From contig CAZKUY010000001.1 of assembly GCA_964556135.1 (NCBI GenBank), forward strand, positions 114,750 through 178,749: 64,000 bases of DNA, written 5' to 3'. The stretch is from an uncultured Pseudomonadota bacterium (GTDB lineage: Bacteria > UBA10199 > JADFYH01). This document shows, piece after piece, positions 19,388-28,594 of the stretch (positions are counted from its first letter, which is position 1; each line of letters begins with the position of its first letter). Below the pieces are notes generated by a model. It was not told the DNA's origin. It was given only the letters and a program-made list of their open reading frames with translations, and ran no database searches. The translations under genes were made by a program, and so were the position numbers.

Positions 19388-20439
19388 TTTGAAAACACCA
19401 AACCTTCACAGGCAAAGCCGGGTCCAAAAGCGCAAGAAAAACCAAATCCCTTCGCTTCAGGGTTTTCTAGAATATTCTTCAAACCAGCAATCACAGAACA
19501 CGAAGACATGTTTCCATTTTCTTTTAAATTATCCCAAGAGAATTGCATGCTTTGGGAGTTGAGCTCTAGTGCGTCTTGCAGAGCATGTAGAATCTTTGCA
19601 CCGCCAGGATGCAGCATCCATAAGTGAATGTCAGCGAGTGAGAGAGTGCTTTTTTCCAGAAGATGATTCAAAAAACTTAGACTTTCCTTTTTCGCTAATT
19701 GAGGAATCTCAGGGGAGAGAATGACTTGGAGTCCCGTGGGTAGTTGTTCCCAGCCCATTAAATGCGAAGATTGCGGAAAAAGGTGGCTATAGCTCTCCAA
19801 AAGGTGAAGCGATTTTTCGGAGGGGTAGGGCACTTCGTCGCCTAAAATAAGACTGGCCGTGGCCCCATCATTAAAAATGGCATTGGCGATCACAGATTTT
19901 ACACTCACATCCTGTCTTTGAAAGGCGAGGCTGCAAGTTTCTAAATTGATGAGCAGAATTTTTGCTAAAGGATTATTCTTCGCGAGTTTCATCGCTAATT
20001 GCAATCCAGCGATACCGCCGGTGCAACCCCAGCCTACGATGGGAATGCGCTGAGCTTGAGGGGAAAAACCTAAGTTTTGCATTAAATATGTTTCTAAAGA
20101 AGGGACAGCAAAGCCGGTTGAAGAGACAAAAATTACCGTTTCAATTTCATTGGCTGGAATTTTAGCTTCATTTAAACAATCTTGCGCGGCTTTTTGCGCT
20201 AACTCGAGACCTAAGGTAGCGTAATGTTGATTGCGTTCGACAGCGTTTCCTAAATTTAATACTTTTTCAAAAGGAAGAATGAAGTTTCGTTCGCTCACTA
20301 AAGAGTTTTGAAATACATCCGAAATTTTAAATGAGCTCTTAAAATCTTTCGGATAAATTTTTTCTAAAGATGCGCAAATTTCCGTTTGGCTATATTGAAA
20401 GGGAGCTTTGGATAGTGAAATGTGCGTGAGTTGCGCCAT
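19384..20439 (-). CDS. type III polyketide synthase (chalcone synthase superfamily)
   Basis: Cys-His-Asn triad contexts are present: GWGCTGGIAGL, HPGGAKIL, ENGNMSSCSV. Length 351 aa. Confidence 0.85.
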   Translation of the reverse strand: MAQLTHISLSKAPFQYSQTEICASLEKIYPKDFKSSFKISDVFQNSLVSERNFILPFEKVLNLGNAVERNQHYATLGLELAQKAAQDCLNEAKIPANEIETVIFVSSTGFAVPSLETYLMQNLGFSPQAQRIPIVGWGCTGGIAGLQLAMKLAKNNPLAKILLINLETCSLAFQRQDVSVKSVIANAIFNDGATASLILGDEVPYPSEKSLHLLESYSHLFPQSSHLMGWEQLPTGLQVILSPEIPQLAKKESLSFLNHLLEKSTLSLADIHLWMLHPGGAKILHALQDALELNSQSMQFSWDNLKENGNMSSCSVIAGLKNILENPEAKGFGFSCAFGPGFACEGLVFSK

Positions 20440-20470
20440 TTAAAGAATCTGAACCGAATCCTCCAGGCAA

Positions 20471-21790
20471 TCAAGGTTTAAATTTCACGTGAAGGAAGTT
20501 TTTGATTCTTCGACCTGTGGCCTTGCGATAAATCAATTCAATCAAAAAAGAGGCTAAAAGAAGAACGAGCAGCGCTAATATTTTGATCGGGTCCGTATTC
20601 CATTTGTAAAGAATGATCGCGAAGGTTGCGATGACACAAGATGTAAAACCCATGGCGCAGATGAGGCGATTGGCATGGGTTTCTTTGGCTAATTTAAAAT
20701 TGGCAGCATTCACCGCCGCGAAGATGAATAAAAATCCAGCACTCGCCATCATCGAAATGCTTTCAATGTTGAAGAAATTCCCAACAATGAGAACCAGAGC
20801 AGAAAGCAGAAGCAAGCCTGCAATGGGTTTGCCAACGACCATGCGATCGAGGAAGGTCGGAAGTTCCCCGTCTTTAGCAACTATGAAAGTTACTTTTGCT
20901 GAGCCATAAAGCGCAGCATTGATTGCAGAGGCGCTGGCAATGACTGCTGCAACGCTCACTAAAATAAATCCCCCGTTTCCAAAGAAGGGAAGTGCGCTTT
21001 GGGCCAATGCATAGTCTCGAGCTTGTGCAAATTGAAAAATGGGTAAATTTCCGATCGCGACGATGCTGATTAAAATATAAAGACCGATGACGAAGAGCAC
21101 GCTGGCATAAAAAGCTTTGGGCAAGTTTTTTTCGGGTTTTTTAGTAGCGAGTGAGGCATTGGCGATGAGTTCAAATCCTTCATAGCTTAGAAAAATAATC
21201 ATCCCTCCGGCCAGAATCTCAGGAAAGCTTCCCCAGGCAGGTGCTTCGAGACGAGTCAAATCTACGGTCCAAATCCCTGCAATCACAAATCCTGCCAAAA
21301 TGACTAACTTGAATATATTGAAGAAAAGTTCTGATTTGATGACCATGCGAGGGCTGGTCATGTTGAGTAGGGTGAGAAAAACCACCACAGAGCTTAAAAT
21401 AATATTTTTCCAGAGGTGATCCGCGTGTGGAAATAAACTCATCGCATAATTTGCAAGTCCGACTGCATACAGCGCAACAATGATGACGTAGCTCAAGCAA
21501 AGTAGAATGTTGAGTCCCCCTGAAAAAAGTCCGGGACCAAAAGCCTGGTTTAAAAAAACGACCGTTCCCCCTTGGCTCGGATAAGCGACCGAAAGTTTTG
21601 CGTAAGAATAGGAAGTTAAAAAGGCGACGATGCCAGCCAGGATGAATGCGAGGGGAGTGGCGCCTTTTGCTAAAAGCGCGGTGAGTCCCAAGACAGCGAA
21701 TAAACCTCCGCCCACCATGCCGCCAACGCCTATAGAAGTTAAAGACCAAAAACCAAGAGTGGGTTTTACACTAGAGCTTGTATTGTTCAT
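20471..21790 (-). CDS. APC-superfamily amino acid permease
   Basis: About 12 hydrophobic helices, with typical APC N-terminal GVGGMVGGGLF and FLSYEGFE motifs. Confidence 0.8.
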   Translation of the reverse strand: MNNTSSSVKPTLGFWSLTSIGVGGMVGGGLFAVLGLTALLAKGATPLAFILAGIVAFLTSYSYAKLSVAYPSQGGTVVFLNQAFGPGLFSGGLNILLCLSYVIIVALYAVGLANYAMSLFPHADHLWKNIILSSVVVFLTLLNMTSPRMVIKSELFFNIFKLVILAGFVIAGIWTVDLTRLEAPAWGSFPEILAGGMIIFLSYEGFELIANASLATKKPEKNLPKAFYASVLFVIGLYILISIVAIGNLPIFQFAQARDYALAQSALPFFGNGGFILVSVAAVIASASAINAALYGSAKVTFIVAKDGELPTFLDRMVVGKPIAGLLLLSALVLIVGNFFNIESISMMASAGFLFIFAAVNAANFKLAKETHANRLICAMGFTSCVIATFAIILYKWNTDPIKILALLVLLLASFLIELIYRKATGRRIKNFLHVKFKP

Positions 21791-21843
21791 AATTTGTTTG
21801 GTGACCGAAGGCCTTTCGCGTAAAATGGATACTAAAGCATTTC

Positions 21844-21879
21844 AACTTTTAATGAGTACGATCGTGCTCATTAAAAGTT
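21844..21879. promoter_or_regulatory. 36-nt near-perfect palindrome in divergent promoter region (candidate operator)
   Basis: AACTTTTAATGAG-TACGATCGTG-CTCATTAAAAGTT, with 13-bp perfect arms and a centre containing ACGATCGT. Confidence 0.4.
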
Positions 21880-21889
21880 AGAAATACTT

Positions 21890-21934
21890 ATGGTTGATTA
21901 GTTCGAATATAATAACTGAAAGTTAATCAACCAT
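21890..21934. promoter_or_regulatory. second inverted repeat in the same divergent region
   Basis: ATGGTTGATTA (21890-21900) pairs with TAATCAACCAT (21924-21934), 11-bp arms. Confidence 0.35.
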
Positions 21935-21998
21935 ATTCTTTTTACTGAAATGTAAAAATCATTTTTTCCAGTTTCAAGCGGAAAGGCTATTGATCTTC

Positions 21999-24107
21999 AT
22001 GAGTTTACGCCAGCGGACATTAGTTTTGGTAGGACTCTCGGGGATATTGCTGACGGTCGCCCTTTACATCATCCTCTCGAATGTCTTTTCGAAAAGCTTT
22101 CAAAAGTTAGAATACGATTATGTCGAAGCAGAAGTTTTGAGCGTGCTTGATGCCTTTTCAGGAATCATGGACGAATTGAAAAGTAAGTCCGCCGATTGGT
22201 CGGCCTGGGATGACAGCTATGATTTCGTCCATAGCAAAGATCCTAAATTCCTCAAATCCAACCTCACCAACAACGCTTATATGGCCTTGAAGCTGAACCA
22301 CATCGTGCTCATTAACAATAAAGGGGAATTCGTTTATCGCCATGCTCATGATTTAGTGGGAGGCAAAGAAGTTGCTTTCCCGCAAAGCTTAGAAAGAGTT
22401 TTACGCCCCGATAGTCCGCTATTGAACCACACGGATGTGGATAGCATTCAGGCAGGCCTCGTTGTTTTGCCTGAAGGTTTGCTCTTGCTCGTCTCTCGCC
22501 CCATAGTAACGAGTCTGAAAGAAGGTCCCATTCGCGGCAGCATCGTTTTCGGAAGATATTTAGGAGATAAGCAGATTGAGCAATTGGGTAAAATGACCCA
22601 ACATGTGTTGACCGCACAACGTTATGATGTTCCGAATCTGCCCGCTGATTTTGAAAAAGCGCGGCAACACATTAATCCCAATGAACCCGTCTATGTACAG
22701 CCCCTCACCAAAAATACGATCGCAGGTTATTCTTTTGTGAATGACATCTTCGGAGCGCCTGCCTTGATTATCCGGATGGATCAACCACGCTCCATTTATC
22801 AGCAAGGCGTCTTGACTCTGCGTTATTTAGTCCTATCCGTTATTTTGACAGGATTGGTGACCATCATTGTCATCCTCTTTTTGCTCGAGAAACTTATTCT
22901 CTCGCGACTAAAAGTGATGAGTGGAGAAGTGCAAGCAATTGCAAGCAATGGAAATTTAGATGGACGAATTTCGGATGCGGGTAAAGACGAGCTGGGTGTG
23001 TTTGCGCGCACTTTGAATGATACTTTAGAACAATTAGAAAAGACACAAATTCAAATCAAAAACTCCGAAGAATGGTTTCGAATTCTTTTCGAATATGCGC
23101 CAGACGGAATCTTCTTGAATGATTCGCGGGGAAATCTTCTCGATGCAAATCGAAAAACGCTGCTTTTACTAGGGAAGAGCAAAGATGAAACAGTAGGAAA
23201 ATCTTTAAAGCACTTACAGCTTCTCGTTACCGAAGAAGAGGATGTTAAAAAGAAAAAGAGCATCCATGAGCTTTTCTTTCCTGCCTCAGGTGAGAATGGG
23301 GTGGTTCTCGAAATTCAAAACTTTCCCATCACTTTCAAAGACCAAAATATTACCTTAAATATTGCGCGAGATATTACTGAACGGAAAAGTTTGGAAAAGA
23401 TGAAGGAGGAATTCATCTTTACTGTTTCACATGAACTACGCACACCGCTGTCGATCGTGAAGGCCTTCTTGGGCAATCTGCAAGCAGGCACGGCGGGAGA
23501 GTTGAATGAAAAACAATCCGAGCTTTTGGAAACCTGCATTCGAAATGTGAATCGATTGACTCGACTCATCAATGACATTCTCGATTTTTCGAGACTGGAA
23601 TCGGGTAAAGCGAAGATCAATCGCAAGGCTTCGGCCATTGTTCCTTTGCTCGATGAAACTCTCGATAATTTCAAAGAAAAAGCCAAAACCTTTAACATCC
23701 AACTGCTGAGGGATCTACCTCAGGCATTACCTACACTATATATTGATCCCGATATGATCGTTCAGGTGGTTTTTAATCTTTTGGATAATGCGTTTCGCTT
23801 CGCCAAGAGCCAGGTGAAATTAAGCTGTGAGCTCAAGGATGAAAATCTTGAAGTCATTGTAGCGGATGATGGACAGGGGATGAGTGAAGAGGGGCTTTTA
23901 CTACTTTTTAACAAGTTTCAGCAAATCGATCGGCCCATGGGGGGCGCAGGCTATAAAGGGACGGGTTTGGGCCTCGTGATCTGTAAGGAAATCATCCATC
24001 TACATCAAGGTAAAATCTGGGCGGAGAGCAAAATGGGCGCTGGTGCGTCCTTCCACTTTACTTTACCGCTTGCCCCTCAAGTTATAAAAAGAGAGAATAA
24101 CGAGTAA
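21999..24107 (+). CDS. sensor histidine kinase (CHASE4-like periplasmic domain, HAMP, PAS, HisKA, HATPase_c)
   Basis: Two TMs flank a ~250-aa domain with WDDSYDF (CHASE4-like as I recall). SHELRTPL H-box. N, G1 (DDGQGM) and G2 (GTGLGL) boxes. A TTG at 21990 is an alternative start. Confidence 0.85.
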   Translation: MSLRQRTLVLVGLSGILLTVALYIILSNVFSKSFQKLEYDYVEAEVLSVLDAFSGIMDELKSKSADWSAWDDSYDFVHSKDPKFLKSNLTNNAYMALKLNHIVLINNKGEFVYRHAHDLVGGKEVAFPQSLERVLRPDSPLLNHTDVDSIQAGLVVLPEGLLLLVSRPIVTSLKEGPIRGSIVFGRYLGDKQIEQLGKMTQHVLTAQRYDVPNLPADFEKARQHINPNEPVYVQPLTKNTIAGYSFVNDIFGAPALIIRMDQPRSIYQQGVLTLRYLVLSVILTGLVTIIVILFLLEKLILSRLKVMSGEVQAIASNGNLDGRISDAGKDELGVFARTLNDTLEQLEKTQIQIKNSEEWFRILFEYAPDGIFLNDSRGNLLDANRKTLLLLGKSKDETVGKSLKHLQLLVTEEEDVKKKKSIHELFFPASGENGVVLEIQNFPITFKDQNITLNIARDITERKSLEKMKEEFIFTVSHELRTPLSIVKAFLGNLQAGTAGELNEKQSELLETCIRNVNRLTRLINDILDFSRLESGKAKINRKASAIVPLLDETLDNFKEKAKTFNIQLLRDLPQALPTLYIDPDMIVQVVFNLLDNAFRFAKSQVKLSCELKDENLEVIVADDGQGMSEEGLLLLFNKFQQIDRPMGGAGYKGTGLGLVICKEIIHLHQGKIWAESKMGAGASFHFTLPLAPQVIKRENNE

Positions 24108-24113
24108 TCCCTT

Positions 24114-24494
24114 ATGCTTAAGCAAATTAAAAAACAAAAAATTCTCGTCGCGGACGACGAAGAAGAATTAGTGAAAGCACTTCGAGACCGTTTACATTTC
24201 GAAGGTTATGATACAGTCGCCGCCTTCGAAGGCGTGCGCGTGATTGAAATGGCACACAAGCAGAAACCAGATTTGATTTTACTCGACTTGAGAATGCCTG
24301 CAGGCACGGGGCAATCTGTTTTGAAAAATCTGAAATCCCGTCCTGAAACAGAACACATTCCGGTGATTGTGGTTACGGCCTTAGATAGTTTGAATTTGGA
24401 GCAAGAATTATTGAAGTCAGGCGCCGCAGATTTTATTCGCAAACCTTACGATTGGAGTGTCTTGCTCGAAAAAATGCGGAAGATTTTAGCTTAA
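24114..24494 (+). CDS. single-domain response regulator (CheY-like receiver)
   Basis: ILVADDEEE, DLILLDLRMP (phospho-acceptor Asp) and VVTA...K motifs. Confidence 0.85.
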   Translation: MLKQIKKQKILVADDEEELVKALRDRLHFEGYDTVAAFEGVRVIEMAHKQKPDLILLDLRMPAGTGQSVLKNLKSRPETEHIPVIVVTALDSLNLEQELLKSGAADFIRKPYDWSVLLEKMRKILA

Positions 24495-24506
24495 ACATCC
24501 CACACT

Positions 24507-24866
24507 ATGGAAGATAGTTTACAGATTTATAAAAATTGGATTGAAGTTATCGGCTTTAGCTTAGATGGCTTAGGTGTGGCTATTATTGCAATAGGAGCAT
24601 TGCTAGCTACTTTTCAATTTCTGAAGACTTTTTCAGCTCGACTCTTTCAGGATAATTTCCTCGATTATAAACACAATCTTAGTCGGATCATTTTACTGGG
24701 CCTCGAGTTTTTAGTGGCAGGCGATATTATCCGCACCGTCGCGGTGACACCTACTTACAAATCGATTGGAGTCTTGGCCATTATCATCGCCATTCGCTCG
24801 CTACTTTCATTGGAAATGCAGCTCGAACTCACCGGTCGCCTTCCTTGGCAGAAGAAAAATTTGTAA
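24507..24866 (+). CDS. DUF1622-like membrane protein
   Basis: Three hydrophobic segments with an LEFLVAGDIIRT motif. Family call is from memory. Confidence 0.5.
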   Translation: MEDSLQIYKNWIEVIGFSLDGLGVAIIAIGALLATFQFLKTFSARLFQDNFLDYKHNLSRIILLGLEFLVAGDIIRTVAVTPTYKSIGVLAIIIAIRSLLSLEMQLELTGRLPWQKKNL

Positions 24867-24924
24867 AAAATTTGAAAGCTTTGAAGAATCATTGTAGAGA
24901 GAATTCTCTATCTATGAGGGGACT

Positions 24925-25623
24925 ATGAAAAAAAGAATTCTTAAATTATTGATGGTTTTGAGTTTGGTTTTGCCTTTTCAAGCACAGGCTCGAGAAGTGG
25001 TGATTGGATTGGAAAATACTTATTACCCACCTCGTTATTTTATGGAAGCTGGCAAGCCTGCGGGCATCAATGTCGAATTTCTAACTCGCGCTTTTAAAGA
25101 TTTGGGTTATGAAGTTAAATGGAAAGTTCAGCCGGTAGCGGATCTGTATAGTGACTTATTTCGCGGCGCGATCGATTTTAAATTCCCGGATAATCCTGAG
25201 TGGAAGTATCAAGCTAAAGAAGGTAAAACGGTTCTGTACAGTGAAATAGTTCAAGCGGATAGGGATGGCCTTTTTGTTCAGCCGAAAAATAAAGCGCGTC
25301 CGCTCGAAAAAATCAAAAAAGTAGGGACTCTCCACGGTTTCACCGTAGTAAGTTTGGAACACAATATCCGCAGCGGCAATATTAAAGTTTTGGAGTATAA
25401 CGATACGACGACTCTCATGCAGGCCGCCATCAAGGGAGAAATTGATGGCGCTTATTTAAGCCGTGGCGTTGGAAATTATTATCTTTCCAAAATCCTCCGG
25501 GATCCTGAAAAGCTTGTTTTTGATGAATCTTTGCCGACCGCGAATAATCCTTATTATCTTTCTACTCTGAAAGAGAAGACTCTTCTCGAAAAACTCAATC
25601 AATGGATAGTGAAAAATAAGTAA
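24925..25623 (+). CDS. periplasmic solute-binding protein, family 3 (amino-acid ABC type)
   Basis: Signal peptide ending in QAQA. Size and pattern match SBP_bac_3. No cognate permease or ATPase is adjacent. Confidence 0.65.
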   Translation: MKKRILKLLMVLSLVLPFQAQAREVVIGLENTYYPPRYFMEAGKPAGINVEFLTRAFKDLGYEVKWKVQPVADLYSDLFRGAIDFKFPDNPEWKYQAKEGKTVLYSEIVQADRDGLFVQPKNKARPLEKIKKVGTLHGFTVVSLEHNIRSGNIKVLEYNDTTTLMQAAIKGEIDGAYLSRGVGNYYLSKILRDPEKLVFDESLPTANNPYYLSTLKEKTLLEKLNQWIVKNK

Positions 25624-25625
25624 GA

Positions 25626-26210
25626 TCAGCCACCGACAACGCTAATGACTTGAAAATTCCATTTCCATTTACTGTTGCTACGGTAATTAAAATCCCCGAT
25701 TTTGGTTTGGAAATTAGCACTTTGTCCGGGTGCAATGGACAATCCTTTGAGTGGAACAAACCATTCTTCAGCCGTAGGGGTGTTTGCATCAAGCAAGACT
25801 TTGAGGCTGACTTGATTGACGGTCACTTGCGAGTTGTTCTGGATGGAGCCCGTCAGGGTATCGATGAAGAACTTATGTTTGATTTGAGGGGAAACGATTT
25901 GAACACTGTCGTTGGGGAGGTTGACGCCGGTATTCGCGTTAAAATCCATTTCAGGGTTATCGACTGATCCGCCGGAAACAAAGCCAATAATGCCTAAAAA
26001 CATCATGGGAAGTCCGATGGCCAGCATCACTTTATGACGGCTGCTACGATGATGCTTGCTGAAGGCAAAAACTAAAAGTGTGATCAGTATGACGCCAGCG
26101 ATGCTGAAAGTGATGACTTCGCGGGCTCCTGCAAGCATTGCCACGACTAAAGCCACAAATCCCCACCATACAATGACTAATTGTTGAGTGTTCATAATCC
26201 TCCCATACAT
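25626..26210 (-). CDS. membrane protein, hypothetical
   Basis: Three N-terminal TM helices followed by a beta-rich extracytoplasmic domain. Confidence 0.5.
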   Translation of the reverse strand: MYGRIMNTQQLVIVWWGFVALVVAMLAGAREVITFSIAGVILITLLVFAFSKHHRSSRHKVMLAIGLPMMFLGIIGFVSGGSVDNPEMDFNANTGVNLPNDSVQIVSPQIKHKFFIDTLTGSIQNNSQVTVNQVSLKVLLDANTPTAEEWFVPLKGLSIAPGQSANFQTKIGDFNYRSNSKWKWNFQVISVVGG

Positions 26211-26324
26211 GCGTTATTTTTTCTTATAGATTCAGATTTCGGAATGTACTAGGTAGCGCAGAATTTGTGAAGGAAAGATTCTGTATAAATCTCATTAATA
26301 CGAAAAAGTGAATGGATTGATTGT

Positions 26325-28169
26325 ATGCTCAAAATTTCAGGATTATCCAAAAGTTATGGCTCCCAAGATTTGTTTGAGAGAATAAATCTGCAAATGAACG
26401 AAGGGGAACGTTTAGGTTTAGTCGGCCGAAATGGTCACGGCAAATCCACCTTATTTAGGCTGATTTTAGGACAAGAAGAGGCGGATGAGGGTGGCGTCGG
26501 TATTCCCAAGAATTACAAAATAGGTCATTTAGAGCAGCATTTAAAATTTACGAAGGATACTGTTTTGGAAGAAGCTTGTTTAGGCCTGGTCTCCGATGAG
26601 TGGGAGGCGACCTACAAAGCTGAAAAGATTTTAAGTGGCTTGGGTTTTTCTGAAGAAGATTTCTACAAACCCCCTCAACAGTTTTCCGGCGGATATCAAA
26701 TCCGTATTAATTTAGCGAAGCTCCTCTTGTCTGAGCCCAATCTTCTTTTGCTCGATGAACCTACGAACTATTTGGATATTCTTTCAATTCGCTGGATTAC
26801 TCAGTTTTTGAGAAACTGGCCTGGCGAGATTATACTTATTTCCCATGATCGAGATTTCATGGATACGGTTTGTACGCATTCAGCGATCATCCATCGTAGT
26901 CAGCTTCGCAGAGTAGAAGGTAATACCGAAAAACTTTATGCGCAGATTTTACTTGAAGAAGATGTGCATGAAAAGACACGTCAGAATGAAGAGAAGAAGA
27001 GGAAAAAAGAAGAAGAGTATATTGAGCGTTTTCGGGCGAAGGCGAGTAAGGCAAGTTCAGTTCAATCTCGCATCAAGCGCTTAGCTAAAATGCCCGCCTT
27101 AGAAAAATTATCTCACATCGATCAATTGGATTTCAGCTTTCATTACTCTAATTTCGAGGCGGAATATGTGCTTCGAGCGGAAGGGCTTGATTTTGCTTAT
27201 CCAGAAGCAGCTCCTATCCTCGAAAATTTTTCTCTCAATGTAAAAAGCCGCGATCGCATTGCGATTATCGGTAAAAATGGAAAAGGAAAATCCACTCTTT
27301 TGAATGTGATAGCAGGAGAGTTTAAAGCACAGAGCGGCGAGATCTATCTGCATCCTTCAACGAAAATTGGTTATTTCGGGCAAACCAACATTCAGCGCTT
27401 GGGAGCTAGCATGACGGTTGCGCAAGAAATTGAAAGCTCAAACCCTCTGCTTTCCAGAACCGCTGTAGCCAATATCGCTGCGACCATGATGTTTCAAGGA
27501 GATGCGGCTTCTAAGAAAATTTCGGTGCTTTCAGGAGGAGAAAAAAGTCGGGTGCTCTTAGGGAAAATTCTCGCTCAACCTGCCAATCTTCTCATGCTCG
27601 ACGAACCCACCAACCATTTGGACATGGAATCGATTGAAGCCTTGCTTGAAAGCATAGAAGACTTTGATGGAGCTGTGATTATGGTCACCCATAGTGAATT
27701 GATCCTCAATGATTTTGCTGAGCGACTCGTGGTGTTCGACAACGACCAAGTGGATGTTTTTGAAGGCACTTATCCTGAGTTTTTGGAGAGTGTAGGCTGG
27801 GCGGAAGAATCTAAGAAGAAAGATGAGAAGAAAAAGGCTAAAGACTCGAAAAGTAATAATAAAACAGACGTTAGAAGGCAGCGTGCCCAAGTCGTTGCAG
27901 AGCGCTCTGAAAAATTGGGACCTCTCAAGAAAAAAACGGATGCTTTAGAAATTCAAATTGCCCGCGATGAAGCGGTCTTGAAGGAGAAAAACGAACGTTT
28001 ACTTCAAGCTTCGCAAACGAATCGAGTGGATGAATTCATGGGTTTATCCAAAGAGGTAAAAAATCTGCAGTTAGATTTGGATAAGGCTTATCAGTCTTTG
28101 GAAAGTCTTATAAAAGAATACGAAGAAAAGAACTCAGCTTATGAGGCGGAGCTTGAGAAGTTAGACTAA
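26325..28169 (+). CDS. ABC-F family ATPase (Uup/YheS-like)
   Basis: Two ABC cassettes (GRNGHGKST / GKNGKGKST, LSGG signatures) joined by a charged linker. C-terminal coiled coil. No TM domain. Confidence 0.9.
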   Translation: MLKISGLSKSYGSQDLFERINLQMNEGERLGLVGRNGHGKSTLFRLILGQEEADEGGVGIPKNYKIGHLEQHLKFTKDTVLEEACLGLVSDEWEATYKAEKILSGLGFSEEDFYKPPQQFSGGYQIRINLAKLLLSEPNLLLLDEPTNYLDILSIRWITQFLRNWPGEIILISHDRDFMDTVCTHSAIIHRSQLRRVEGNTEKLYAQILLEEDVHEKTRQNEEKKRKKEEEYIERFRAKASKASSVQSRIKRLAKMPALEKLSHIDQLDFSFHYSNFEAEYVLRAEGLDFAYPEAAPILENFSLNVKSRDRIAIIGKNGKGKSTLLNVIAGEFKAQSGEIYLHPSTKIGYFGQTNIQRLGASMTVAQEIESSNPLLSRTAVANIAATMMFQGDAASKKISVLSGGEKSRVLLGKILAQPANLLMLDEPTNHLDMESIEALLESIEDFDGAVIMVTHSELILNDFAERLVVFDNDQVDVFEGTYPEFLESVGWAEESKKKDEKKKAKDSKSNNKTDVRRQRAQVVAERSEKLGPLKKKTDALEIQIARDEAVLKEKNERLLQASQTNRVDEFMGLSKEVKNLQLDLDKAYQSLESLIKEYEEKNSAYEAELEKLD

Positions 28170-28177
28170 ACGACAAA

Positions 28178-28594
28178 CTAAATACTATGCACTCTCTCAG
28201 ATCGTTTGGCACTGACATGGAAGGGAAGAGCTTTGTTCAGTTTTTCCAATGTTTCAACGAGAGCGGGTTCGGCGCTAAAAGCATTTTTGATATACTTGAT
28301 GGTTCGTCGAATTCGAATCATCATCTGAATGTCTTCTTCCGAAGAAAAAACAATGAAATTTTTGCTTAAATGATGATTGATTAAATGATTGAGTTTGAAG
28401 AGCAATTTTTCAAACACGAGTTGTTCGTCTTGCTTGCGCGAGCGAACGCGACGAGGCAAGAAGTCGCTTTCTTTCAAACCTTGACTATATGCCTCCGTGA
28501 GCTGATGCTGCAAATCCCAAAGTGAATTTGCAGCCTTCTTAAGCTTGGCCTCCAGCTCTTTAATTTCTTTATACACGGTGGCAAACTTGCTCAT
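28178..28594 (-). CDS. hypothetical helical protein (138 aa)
   Basis: Its ATG shares one base with the EF-G stop (TAATG), so translational coupling is likely. No family recognised. Confidence 0.45.
   Translation of the reverse strand: MSKFATVYKEIKELEAKLKKAANSLWDLQHQLTEAYSQGLKESDFLPRRVRSRKQDEQLVFEKLLFKLNHLINHHLSKNFIVFSSEEDIQMMIRIRRTIKYIKNAFSAEPALVETLEKLNKALPFHVSAKRSERVHSI

Noticed and set aside
21219-21749. 176-aa ORF in another frame of the APC permease gene
   Set aside because: It lies entirely inside a strongly supported permease CDS on the same strand, and its Arg/Gly/His-rich sequence is typical of an off-frame translation.
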